Assembly (NCBI GenBank): GCA_028534125.1
Contig: CM052816.1
Span: 78,370,001-78,434,000, forward strand
Origin: Lama glama
Taxonomy: Eukaryota
DNA length: 64,000 bases
Direction: 5' to 3'
This document shows, piece after piece, positions 38,326 through 50,492 of the stretch. Below the pieces are notes generated by a model. The model worked only from the letters and a program-made list of their open reading frames with translations. It made no database searches and was not told where the DNA came from. The translations under genes were made by a program, and so were the position numbers. Positions within the stretch are counted from its first letter, which is position 1. Every line of letters begins with the position of its first letter.

Positions 38326-39836
38326 CTATAAAAATAGCACATTGTTAATGAAATGGAAATAAACATATTTATAGGTTAAAATAGTTTTTACAAATTATAT
38401 TTGACTAGTGGAAAACATGGTAAGAGTTCTGATGTGTGTATATTTAAAGAATTATGTTTAAAGGATATCAGGAATGAAGTACAAATACTTATATTATTTT
38501 AAATATGATTTTTGTTTCAATATTTCCAAACATAATAAACTTATCTCCTAATTTCACCACTAAATAACTTTCTGATGACAAAGTTAGTTATGTTTGCCTT
38601 CTATGTACTTTATCCAAATCTTTTATTCAAATATTTTAGCTAAAGATCATAATTATATATAAATCATTTGTGTCTAGGGTATAAACATTATGATAGTTAA
38701 AAAAAAAACCCTCTAAGTTCTGCTTGCTGTTGTGAGAGTAAAGCAAAAATTAACAACTACAAAGGATAGAACCTTATTTTAAAGCAGTAAAATGTTACTG
38801 ATGCAATCATTCCTAGTATCTGTTCTCTACAATACTGTATTTTTGAACTGCGATTAAAAAGTGGTGATTATGCAGACTACTGAAAATATACTTTATTTTC
38901 TAAAACAGATAATTGAACAATTGACAGAAGACCACATTTTGATTCACACATCAGCAACCTGCATTACAAATGGGAAAAAGTGCTTTTTATCTTGCTTTTA
39001 AAGTAAAAATCCTTATATCACATCCTTAGTTATGAAATATCAATTTTATATTCTAGGAGAACTTTTGTATGTGTACTATTCAAAGCTTATACACTGGGCA
39101 GTGGGAAAAGGAATAAATAAAAGTTTAATGTATGTAAAGCAGAGAAAGGCTTTCTAAATCACTAATGCCTAAAAACTCAATTACCTTTTTTCTTCCTAGT
39201 TTTCTTTCATTTTACTTCTTACACACCTACTTAAAAAAGTAAGATAAAGTAACTTTTCTTTGATATTAAAATTGCTGTTTGGAAGAGTCAGTTAAGGAGA
39301 TTCATCACTCATGTCAAACATTAAGGCTAACTGCCACACACTAAATAGCACTATGGTTTTCAGGAATGAAAGACTAAGCAGGCAGTGCTCCAGAACTCTA
39401 GATTCTTGATGATATTTATCGCAATTTCTTGCCAAAGTGTTTTAAGATAGAGGAGAGTGCCACTCTAAGTTCTCTAAGCCCTTTGTTTTTGTGGTTCAAA
39501 AACTAACTTAAGGAGGGCATTGGAGAAATATGGATATATTTAATAAACCACAGAAATACCACCTGAGATTATTTTTCTACATTTTTTATTCAGTACAGAT
39601 CACTTAGCACTCCTGCGGCTTCTGCAAACATCAAGAACATTTCCCTCATAAGATATAATCCAAGGTATGTACTAAATACATATAATATGTATGTACATAT
39701 AAGAATGGAAGTGTATCTATCAAAACTTAGTAGTCGTTATTGCTGGATGAAAACGTGGACGTTTTTGTGTTTTGTAATTTTTCTATAATAAATACACCAC
39801 ATTTGTAATCACTCACTTAAAAATAAATTTCATTAA

Positions 39837-40037
39837 TATATATAAAATATATAAACAACAAGTTTATACCGTATAACACAGGGAACTATATTCAGTATCT
39901 TGTAGTAACTTATGGTGAAAAAGAATATGAAAATGAATATATGTATGTTCTGTATGAGTGAAGCATTACACTGTACACCAGAAATTGACACAGCACTGTA
40001 AACTGATTATACTTCAATAAAAATGTATACACAAAAA
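39837..40037 (+). mobile_element. Short young L1 3' end (camelid-like) with TSD
   Basis: acagggaactatattcagtatcttgtag...acaccagaaattgacac...cttcaataaaaa; TSD aaatttcattaa at 39825-39836 and 40038-40049. Confidence 0.88.
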
Positions 40038-40788
40038 AAATTTCATTAACTCAAACTTTCCCAAATTCTTATCTCTAAAATTCCTATATGCATGAGTGTT
40101 TGAATTAATGAGACACCAAGATCAACTGAAATGCACATATGACTTTGAAAGTTGGCTACAATGCTAGGAAGGTAGAGCTCAGACAATTTGCTTTGATCAG
40201 TTCATAAATCATTACACCATGTTGCTACTCCTTTTGATACAAACATATTAAAATTTAACGACAGTGGCAGTTAACATTTATTAAGAACTTACAATGTGCC
40301 AGTCATTGTTAAGCACTTTAGGTGAATTTACTTAATATTCTTTCAACAATCATTTGAGCCAGGTATAAAAATAATACATAAGGATTACCATTTTAAGATA
40401 ACCATAAGGTTTTTAACTATTTCTCTAGGGATGGTCAAGAAAATGAATCACTACCATCATTTCATAAATGAAAGGACATTTTAAATACTCATACATTTAC
40501 AAAAGGAAGAGTATAATGTAGGATTAAAGAATGGTCCTTTGAACTGAATGAATCTATGTCATTATTCTTATTTATATCAAAGTTATGAATTGACAATGTG
40601 TAACATTAATTTTAAATTGCTAAAAATGCAATTCTAACTGCAAGGCTAGTTAATGTAGCTTTTAGATGTGGAAACAAACTCAAATTAATGAAATTTGGAA
40701 TTTTCCCTATAAATCAAAGCTCCTTATGAAAAAATTCACATCTTAACAATAGTAAGGGTAAAATTAACAATACGGATCTTAAACTTAC

Positions 40789-40875
40789 ATGATTTAACAA
40801 AGTGGAGAGCTTTGAACCATCCTGAATATTCTTCTCCAAGATATTTAGAACTTTCACAGTTTTATCAGTGGAAAG
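40789..40875 (-). CDS. NIPBL: NIPBL exon 16 (87 nt)
   Basis: LSTDKTVKVLNILEKNIQDGSKLSTLLNH; AG/GTAAGT. Confidence 0.96.
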
Positions 40876-41826
40876 CTAAAAGAGAAGTATAAATTCTTTT
40901 ATCAATCAATGGTAAAAGTGATAAATTGTTCAAAAAACATTTTGTACAATTATCCTCTTTGTCCTGTCGGCACATATGTCTATTACTAACTCAAATCTTA
41001 CCAGATAGGTAGTCAAGACTGAGTTTGTTCTGATGTCTGGCCCCTGGCTCTTGTGAAAGTGATAATGAATATGCATATGAGCACACACACACAAACACAT
41101 ATTCTCTAAAGATTTCATCTGTTGATTTAATTATAACATGGTTTCCACACCACGTTATTCAGTGGGTGTCTTAAAATTCACAGTAAGCATGAAACAGGGA
41201 AGATAAAAATTACAAATGTGATATAACATTGCTTTATTTAGTAAAAATTTTTCTCACTTTTTAAAAATACCTATTTCATTTCTTACAAATACTGTTTTCT
41301 ACATTAAATAAAATCTGTACTCGATTTAGAGGGTCTGTCAGGAGGCAACTGTTACTCATTCCCCTGATTGAGTATGTCTCCTTCTAGATTCTAATCATGC
41401 AGCTAGGACTCTCAACTAAATCAGCCAGTAGAGTCAAATGGGAGGATCAATAGAGTAACAGACATTAAAGTGCATTTTGATTATTTGTGCTGGAGTACAG
41501 AAAAAATTTCCCTCAAATATTTCCTTAGATAATTTCACAACAGATTAAACTACTAAGATTTATGGTAAACTATCCATGCTTTGAAAATACTCAGCAAATT
41601 CACCTTTTGAAACAGAGATATTAGCTACATGGAACTATGGAATGGAACTTACGAAATAAAACCTAAGATTGACATTGACACTTCAGATAACTAATGCTAT
41701 ATTCTTATATACAGAAGAAATCAATATATCCCTCATTGTACACAGTAATATCAATATGAACTAATAGTACATTAATCCTTGGTTAATTATGTGAAATGTC
41801 TGTCTGGCTTTAAAAACCAAACTCTT

Positions 41827-42580
41827 GGGAACCCTTGTGTACTGTTGCCGGGAATGTAAATTGGTACAGCCATTATGCAAAACAAGTACGAAGGTTCCTC
41901 AAAAACTAAAAATAGAACTAAATATAATCCAATAATTTCACTTCCGTGTACATATCTAAAGGAAACAAAAACACTAACTTGATACGACATACGTACTCCC
42001 ACGTTCATGGCAGTATTTTTTGTAGTAGCCAAGACATGGAAGCAATCAAAATGTCCACTGACAGATAAATGGATAAATAAAATGTGGTATACATGTGGGA
42101 GGATGGTGGTGGTGGAATGGAATATTCAGCCATGAAAAAGAAGGAAATCTTGCTATCTGCAACAACACGGATGGACCCTGAGGGAATTATGCTAAGAGAA
42201 ATAAGTCAGAGAAAGACAAATGCTATGTGACCTCACTTATTATGTGGAATCTCAATAAACAGAATTCATAGATAAAAAGAATAGATGGGTCAAAGGTGGG
42301 GGAATGGAGGTGGGTGAAACAAGTGAAAGTGGTTAAAAGGCACATTCTGAGTTATAAGATAAATAAGTCCTGCGAATATAATGTACAGCATGGTGACCAC
42401 AGTTAATAGACTGTACTTTATTTTTGAACGTTACTAAGAGAATAGAACTTAAAGGTCTCATCATAAGGAAAAAACTGTAACTATGTATGGTGATGGATGT
42501 TAACTAGATCTGGTGTTATAATCATTTTGCAATACATACAAATATTTAATTGTTATGTTGTACACCTGAAGCTAATAAAA
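41827..42580 (+). mobile_element. L1MA9-like 3' end
   Basis: gggaacccttgtgtactgttg...gccaagacatggaagcaa...atgtacagcatggtgac...tgtacacctgaagctaata. Confidence 0.85.
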
Positions 42581-43081
42581 ACGAATGCAAAATGATTAAG
42601 TGATTATATTTTAATTTTGTAAAAAACATGAAGACACTTCCCAGTCCACTTTAAATTCTGTAATATAGGAGCCTGGTTAGAAGAAGAGGAGGATTCGTCT
42701 AGAAATTGTATTTGCATGGCTATTGTGCAGTTCAGGGGGTGAATGATGGCTCATAAAGATTATAGGAAATTAGTCTATTATTTGAAGTTATTATTAATGA
42801 AAAAATATTCTGCTATTCCGTTAGTGCAATGAGACTACTTAACAACAAAGAGTTCAGAGGAAAGACAACTCACAAAAGGTATTATAAAGCGCACAGTAAT
42901 GAAGCTGTGTACTTATTAACAATTGATGTGTGAAACCACAGCTTTACTCTCTCACCAATGTAAATGACTAAAAGGAAATATCAAAGAAAAATTTAGTGTA
43001 TTTCTGTATTTTAATAATCTAAATATTTGAGACAATGAAAAAATATACAGTGAAAAAAAAATCCAGGACAGTGCCTCTTTC

Positions 43082-43284
43082 TTTTTTTTTTTTCAAGGTT
43101 TCAATATTTTATTCAAGTTTTATTTTAAATGATGCTAATTACAGCATTTGAAGGGGAAGATCTGATTCCACAGAAAATGGAAGACTCTAAAATGTACCCA
43201 TTAAACTGCTAAAAAATAAACTGAGTGGTGAGAATACAACAGAAGTTTGATTTAGATTTCAAGTGCTGTCACCATGTGATTACA
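43082..43284 (-). pseudogene. 5'-truncated processed retrocopy of an mRNA 3' end (TPM3 3' UTR-like, by recall)
   Basis: two AATAAA, A12 tail, 17-bp TSD (16/17 identical) at 43065-43081 and 43285-43301, TTTC/AA endonuclease-type site. Confidence 0.85.
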
Positions 43285-43515
43285 AGGACCGTGCCTCTTT
43301 CAATGCAAAAATATGACTTTCTTTAGGATGATTTGCAAAATATTCTTTGATTCAAGATTTGTTTGTTTTTTATTAAAGCAATAACTCTGTTAGACTCTCA
43401 GAAGGCAACCATGAATTTTCATTATTTACTTTATATAAACTTTGCAATTCAGCTTTAAAACTTTAATTTTAAACATTAGATAAGTAAATGTATACATTTT
43501 ACTTTAGTGAGATAC

Positions 43516-43619
43516 CTTATCCATTATACCCATTGCTTTAATTTTAGCAGATTCACTGCCGAGTTCATTAAGCTGATGTTTTCCTAAGAGCAGTTCCTGA
43601 GGAATTTCATCATCATCAC
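43516..43619 (-). CDS. NIPBL: NIPBL exon 15 (104 nt)
   Basis: (G)DDDEIPQELLLGKHQLNELGSESAKIKAMGIMDK; AG/GTATCT. Confidence 0.96.
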
Positions 43620-43859
43620 CTGAAAAACCAAATCAAATACACAAAGTTAAGGTAAAAGAAATAGCTCAAAATAGTAAGGTTAATATCTTAATAATATTTC
43701 TGGATACACAAACAGATAAAAACAAACTAAACAACTAACATCCTAAGAGGACTCTGTAAACCTCAGGTAAACCTTGAACGGAAGACAGGGTTTAAAGCAC
43801 AGGGATTAAAATTAGAGTTCTGACTAAGGTGGGAAGAAGAGATAGATAGCTTATATTTA

Positions 43860-44325
43860 CTACTTTATGAGCCTTCTCAACCAAGCTCTCTGCCCCAGGA
43901 GGCTGACCTGTATGGAGTACATCAACTGTCTCCCATGCCCTCTGGCTTCTGTTTGGGTTCAGCCAGTGGGGTGCCCTATCAGAAGATCAAAGAGAAGGAG
44001 AGTGAGGTCAGGGTATTTATATCCCTGACTCCTTCCTTCCAAGGTTTCCTCAAACTGCCTATGTCCTCTGACCAAAAGATTACTGGTGTTTTCAAGATAA
44101 CCTACTCTACAACTTTTTTCTCCCTCTATTGAGTTCTGGTGACTTCTCTCTGCCCTTGCTCCTCTGGGGTCAGGGATGGTAGCAGTTCTATGGCTATTAA
44201 CCCTGGGTTTCCACACTATTCTGCCCCTACTTTTATACCTTTATAATGACCTCTGTAAATAACTCCTCAAATTATCCTACTTTGAGAGTGCCACATGACT
44301 TCCTGTTGGGGTCTTAAATGACAAG
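43860..44325 (+). mobile_element. LTR33-family solo LTR (ERVL)
   Basis: ctctctgccccaggaggctgacctgtatgga...ccctctggcttctgtttgggttcagcca...gtgaggtcagggtatttat...tttgagagtgcca. Confidence 0.82.
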
Positions 44326-44649
44326 ATAGTTTCTCAGCACAGAACTGAAATTTCAAAAATGATAACAGATACTCCAAATAATAGGGAAATACATTAATGA
44401 TACTTCAGCAAGCAACTGTCACAAAACAAATGGTAATACACCTTTTGATACATTTTCAAATGGATGGATATATCAGAATTATTGTATCTAGCTCTTGTAT
44501 AAATTCAGCACTAGTGTTTCTATGAGTTGAAAGTAGCATAAAATTGCTGAGTAGCTCTGAACACTATAAACAGTGTTTTTTATAAACCTAACATTCTTAT
44601 ATCTATAGTTATGACCTTTACATATTGTAAATATAATACTACATTAACC

Positions 44650-44800
44650 CTGTTGTATTCTAACTGCTTTACTGTTTTGTTTTCCATATTAGACTCTGTA
44701 TTACTTAAAGCCAGGGGCTGTGTTATTTATCCTTGCATCTCTAGCACTTAACATACTACTGACAAACAGTAAATATTCAATAAATATTGGCTTTTAGAAC
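44650..44800 (+). mobile_element. L2 3' end fragment
   Basis: ttagactctgta...ccaggggctgtgttatttatccttgcatctctagcac...ttcaataaatattgg. Confidence 0.65.
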
Positions 44801-45101
44801 AAATTAACAGATGGATAGGTTCCTATTTTTGCATCATTGCTCTTATTAGTATCCTCCGTATCACTCTCAGCATTCTTAGAACATTGTCAATACTTAATAT
44901 TTGATTTTTATACCAAAGTTTTCATGTACTCGATAACAAAGACTAGACTTGACTCTACTGCTAGATTTCAAGTTTCTTAAGAGCACAGACCATGCTCTGT
45001 ATCCACTAGAGTAACTAGCAGAAAGCTAAACATATAGGTAAATAAATACAGTTTAAAGTGAGTTTATATTTAGAGGTAAAGGTATTTTTAAATGGTTTTA
45101 C

Positions 45102-45191
45102 CAAATGCAGTAAAATCCATATCTTCTAAATTATCCAAAATATTCTCTATTGAGGCTGTGAATCTCTTAAAAGTTGAAGAATCCATCATTT
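45102..45191 (-). CDS. NIPBL: NIPBL exon 14 (90 nt)
   Basis: (E)MMDSSTFKRFTASIENILDNLEDMDFTAF; AG/GTAAAA. Confidence 0.96.
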
Positions 45192-45291
45192 CTGTAACAG
45201 AGGAAAAAAACCACAAAACTTATTATCCACATTCTGAGTAGAAAACTGAAGTTGAAGACTATGAATAAAGACAAGTAAATTAAAATGTTAC

Positions 45292-45363
45292 CTTCAGGTG
45301 TTAGTTTTGGTTCATAAGCTTTCCGCTTCTTCTGTTTTTCTTTTTTCTTCATTTTTCTAGCAA
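45292..45363 (-). CDS. NIPBL: NIPBL exon 13 (72 nt)
   Basis: (V)ARKMKKKEKQKKRKAYEPKLTPE, basic NLS-like stretch; AG/GTAACA. Confidence 0.96.
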
Positions 45364-45602
45364 CTAAAATGAACAAAAAGAAATACTGAAATGCAGAAAC
45401 AACTGAAAATATTTCTATTTTTGTTTCTATTTTCTCCTTGAACATTAAATACTTTAATAATAATCACTGCCAATCCAAACTTTTATTTAATTAAAAATTA
45501 GGTGTTATTAATTAACTCATAAAAGGTATAAATATTCTTCAAATTTAAAGCCCTAAATTTAAATCAGCTTATGTAAGAAACCCGTTGACACTGATGAATT
45601 AC

Positions 45603-45800
45603 CCTCACTAAGGCTGGGAGGAGGAGAATAATCTTCCATGTCAGAATCTGATGGACTTCGGTTTCGATAACGACCACCACCTGAACTCCTTCTTCCTTCA
45701 TGAGAGTGGCCACTTCTCCTATGATCCCCAGAGCTTCTTCTGTCACGCTCTTCATATTCCCAAGCTTTATCATCATCTTTTTTATGTCGTTTCCTAGAGG
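45603..45800 (-). CDS. NIPBL: NIPBL exon 12 (198 nt)
   Basis: (S)SRKRHKKDDDKAWEYEERDRRSSGDHRRSGHSHEGRRSSGGGRYRNRSPSDSDMEDYSPPPSLSE; AG/GTAATT. Confidence 0.96.
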
Positions 45801-46548
45801 CTAGAAGCAAATCCCCATGACAAATAATTTACCTCATTTAAAAAGAATATTAAAACTTGTACTTTAAGAATAAATCACATGGGGGAAAAATCTTCATTGT
45901 GTGGGCCTGGGAAGTTCTGAGTCATTCTGTTTAATCAGAAATAAACTATGGTACAGAAATAGTATCATTTATTTTAGCATTTATCTAGATTTAAAAATTT
46001 TTACATGAACGGGTTTGCTAATAAATATAGATAGGAAATGTTCTGGGAATTAAACCACAGTGATCATTTCAAAGAAGTATTCAGTGAGTCAGTAAAGATA
46101 ATATCTAAACTTCAGGATTAATTAAGGTATGTAAAACAAACTTTATCTAGAATATGGATAAAAAAACAGAAACATCTTAAAGCAACCGAATTATTGTTGG
46201 GAGGCAGGGTTTGAAGGAAAAGTAAACTTGAGAAAGTGTTACAGAATGTGGGTAACCATGTACACTATCAATTAACAGCCAAATTAAGTCCACAAGTTGA
46301 CTATAAATTCAACAGACTGATTATCTAATATCACATGCTACAAAGACAGAATAAACCTGTATAGTTGTAAATACTCATACACTGAATTAAGTTCTCCAAC
46401 AATATACTTGCTTAATCCCAAAGAGATAGCTTTTAAGCTTATGCATGCTAGATAAGCATATTTATATATGTTACCTTCAATTCTTTCCCCATCCTTCCAG
46501 AGGTCTAAGCATTCTGCTAAAATCACCAGTACTGACAGGAGCCTCTAG

Positions 46549-46741
46549 GCAGAACTGGCAAACAGATTTCATCTGACACATCAACTCTGATCAACTGGTA
46601 GTTGCTGCCTAGAGCATAATGTTGAGAATAATTCTGAGCCCTGAGACAAAGCACCATATTTCAGCAAGAACGACTGCTTAGAAATGTGTGTCCAGTGAGA
46701 GCTGGAGGGAATACAAGTGAAAAATATTTACCATACCTGCT
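46549..46741. mobile_element. MER102-like hAT-Charlie element
   Basis: cagaactggcaaacagatttcatct...ctggtagttgctgcctagagc...atatttaccatacctg with degenerate terminal inverted repeats. Confidence 0.6.
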
Positions 46742-49589
46742 CTAGGGTGTAGCACTACCAAGTTAAAACCAGGATAGAAAACTGGTATCTTTTACATCTT
46801 AGGATCGTATATTGGTTGTTATAGTGACCACTTGTTGCTGACAGTGATTTACTTTTCAGTTTGTCGATCTGGAACTGACTCTCTTGCTTTCATGTGACTC
46901 GTTTCTATTCTGGATCCCAAGCTATGATCAAGACCCGATACTTAAGACAAAACTCTTCCTTGAGTCCCTAGTCTCCTACCTGGCTTAGATTTAGGGATGC
47001 CAACCTTTGGCCCATGCACTTAATCTCTGCTCAAGCCAGTGTCCTTATGTGTGGATAATCAATGTCTACATAGTGGCTAACCTTACCTTTATATGCTGCC
47101 CTAGTTATTCTCATTCAAGAATCTACTGACCATGGCAAAAAAGATAATTTTGTTTCATCGTCTTTGTAGTCATAGGCTTGGCACAGCAAGATTGTTCATA
47201 ACCAAAGGATAAATGTAAATGGATACATTTAAATGTTCAATGATTTTCTTTATAATTAGGCATAACTCTGACTATGAAATATGAAGGAGAGGCAGGATTC
47301 CCCCCCTCTTTTATGATTAGGGTGTGTCCCAGTACATTCTCTTAAAGAGAGGCTGCCTCATTTAAGTAGGTATGTATACATGTGTCAGGTCATTTATGTA
47401 TTTCTGGTCTTTCTGAATTTTAATTTCATAAGAAATCTATTTCAAGCCTTCAATTCTATGAGTAGAAAATGCCTGAAAAATGTTATAGTTAGTACATACG
47501 ATAAGCTGTGTTGGTGGTAGTTTTTTCAGGTCTTGGAAATTTTTGTTTCACATTCATTAAACTAAGCAATTTGGATAAAAATGGAATAACAAATTAGGAA
47601 AAAAACCCCTCAACTTCTATGAAACATTACGTGTTGTAACGAGGTTCAGGATCCCAATTCATTACGACTAGCCTGTTTGTTCTCTACTTCTCTTGTCATC
47701 CCGAGAGAAGTAGGGGAAGAGCTCAATAGAGAGGGATGTTAAATTGGACTTGGATGCTTTTCACCTTCCTTTTCCAAATTTCACCTATATGTTTCTTTAG
47801 CTTCTTATATCTTTCCTCCTCCTTCCTCAGCAACCCAGAGATCTTATAATTGTGCTATAACTACCCAAATCTGCGCGGCCCAACTTTCAAAGCTACCCCT
47901 CAATCCTTCCCCCTACCCTTCAACAAAACTATTTCCTTAGCTTTAGATTTTTTTGGAAAATAATTTGATTGAACTGCAGTAAAACTTTGTTTCAAAAACA
48001 ATCTCTCTCCTTCAAAGCAGCAAAATACTTGCTGCTTATGTTCTCATAATTTTTTTTACATTTTGTATTGTACTCTATTTTCATTACATCGCTTTTATTA
48101 TGGTAGAATGATAATTGGTGGTTTATGTCAACTACCAACTGGAAGTCTTTCATCACTCAAATCGCTGGCCGTAGAGTCAACTTTTCTATAGATACTTGTA
48201 TAGAAATAAACAAACAAAAAACCCCCAAACAAACCAAAAGAGCCTCAGAAAGCTATTCTAAGGTCTTCTGAGAAACCCAGAGAAATCTCTCTTTTTCATA
48301 GCAGGAGTTAAAATTCAGTTTTCTAACTAACTTTCAGTATAGTTGGGCATAGATATAATGAGATCCATGACTTTTAAGATGAAACTATGTGCTCCCATGA
48401 GAAAATAGCTCTCATAATAGAAAGCAAGGGGAAAAAAAAAACAGTGGCTGCAATGATGACAAACATGAGACATGTGTCGCTCTCTCCTCTAACGTACACT
48501 TGGTGGGATTTTCTGATTATGCTATCCTTTTTACTTAACTGCGAGGCAGCTTCAGAATTCTCATCAGCTTAGCAATGAAGGCAGCCACTCTCAATTAACT
48601 GGAGTTGAAGTGTGATTTGAAATCAATCTGCAATCAAGAAATTCCTTCTTCTTAGCTATTCCCTTTAGAAATGGGTAAAGCATTAGGGAAAGGGAGGGAG
48701 AGTGAAGGAGAGGCATGTATATAAAGGGGAGTGAGTCTCTGGGCCAGCAGATATCCTTTCTCCTCTCCCTTTCCAGAGCATATGTTCCAGTATGTTTGAC
48801 CAAAATGTTTGATTATAATAAAAAGGTATTAACTTTAGCCATTGAAATATAATGCATATAAATACATCTCATAATAAGACAAATCATAACAATTATACAT
48901 ATAATTAAATATCAGCTTAACTTTGATATACATTTTATTTTAATTTTAAAACTGTTCAGATTTGTTCAGTATTCATAGCCTACTGCTCACAGCTCAAGAG
49001 CTCACAAGTTTAAGATCAGAGTAAAATGAACATTGATTAAAAACTTTGGAGGTGAAGGGTTTCCATCAGTAATACACATTTAAAAATGGCAGCATGCATC
49101 TGTCCTTCCTGCACTTGCTTGTCACACCTTAATCTATGGACACTAGGTGGAAAAGGCAGAACACACTGGTTGTCTTCCCACTTCTTTTGGTCATAATGAC
49201 TAAGTCAGTTGGCACACAAGTGAAGATCTCCCATAGTCTGTTTCCACTGAATGCCGTTTAAGTCAAACAAGGTTGCTGACCCCTCTTGGCTAGGCTCAAT
49301 TCTCTTGCTCCAGTAGAAGGAAGATAGGGATAAAAGAGAAGAACTTTTTCAGTGGACCAGTAGGAAGACAGGCGAGGTATAGCAAGTCTAGTGCAAAGAC
49401 AGGTGATCACAGTGTTGTAGAGAGGTAGCTGTGTAGTGAAGAAGCCAGCTCTGGAAAACAGTGAAACAAGGGAGGAATTCCAGGACACAGCTGGGCAAAA
49501 AGGAGAAGCCAGGTCCAAACCACATAGATAATTGGCAATGTGGCTAATCCATTCATAATTTAGTGATAGTATGGTTTAAATATTTCTTC

Positions 49590-49872
49590 ATCTGGCTATC
49601 TCCTACGTGTCCTTCAAGACTCAACTCAAGTGTCACCTCTTCCAGTCAGCATTCTTTGAACCCCCAGTATGATTATGATGCCAATCCAATGTGCTCCCAT
49701 GGCACCCTGGATTTAATATTATCACTGTACTCTCTTCACTGTACTACAATTGTTTACATACTTCCCCCACTAGACTGAAGGCTCTTCAAAGATAGGGGCC
49801 ACATCCTATTATCTTTTTATTCTTACCACCTAGCTTATAGTGAGAGCTCAATAAATGTATGCTAAATGCATA
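49590..49872 (+). mobile_element. L2 3' end
   Basis: ccttcaagactcaactcaagtgtcacctcttcc...cactagactgaaggctc...gctcaataaatgt. Confidence 0.8.
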
Positions 49873-50096
49873 CAGAGACATCTGTTATTTAATACTAAAT
49901 ATAACTCATTAAATTTTTTTCTTGGTGCCAACTGATCTTTTACACATTGTTTAAATATAAAGAAAAAGACTTGCTATACTAAATTATTAAAAATTAAGAT
50001 CATTGTACTTTTACTAACCCACAAAATTATAAATGAGACAAAGACATCATTCTGCTTTTCAATTCAAAAGTAATAATAAAGTTATGTGATACTTAC

Positions 50097-50279
50097 ATTC
50101 AAAAGCTTCATCACTATCATTATCTTCATCTGAACTGATTTCAGCGTATTTTGGTTTTTCATTAACTGTGCTACGCTTGCGTTTATTCATTTTCACACGT
50201 TCACAAAGTGGCATGGTGGATTCAATTTCTGCCAGGAGTTCAGGGGGCAATTCTTTTAACACTGATTGATCTATGCTAC
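50097..50279 (-). CDS. NIPBL: NIPBL exon 11 (183 nt)
   Basis: (G)SIDQSVLKELPPELLAEIESTMPLCERVKMNKRKRSTVNEKPKYAEISSDEDNDSDEAFE; AG/GTAAGT. Confidence 0.96.
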
Positions 50280-50447
50280 CTATTAATAAAAAGTAACAAA
50301 AAATATAAATCTGAAGACAAAAGAAATTTTAACTAAATTAGCACAATGAAAGTAAACTATTAATATTCATTAAAGTTTTCTAAGTCATCTTTGTATCTTA
50401 GTAAAACATTTATATTTAAAACTATAGTCTTAACCCTAAACTGATAA

Positions 50448-50451
<4 letters not shown>

Positions 50452-50487
<36 letters not shown>
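50452..50487. repeat. (GT)18 microsatellite; reads (AC)n in the NIPBL pre-mRNA
   Basis: direct reading. Confidence 0.95.

Positions 50488-50492
<5 letters not shown>

Noticed and set aside
43505..43515. U12-type donor after exon 15 (GTATCT)
   Set aside because: Reads GTATCTCAC and not GTATCCTT; no TCCTTAAC-type branch point before exon 16
47630..47890. Weak hairpin (gttgtaacga...tcattacgac) and scattered CpGs as an RNA gene or CpG island
   Set aside because: Stem is short and mismatched; CpG density is far too low for an island
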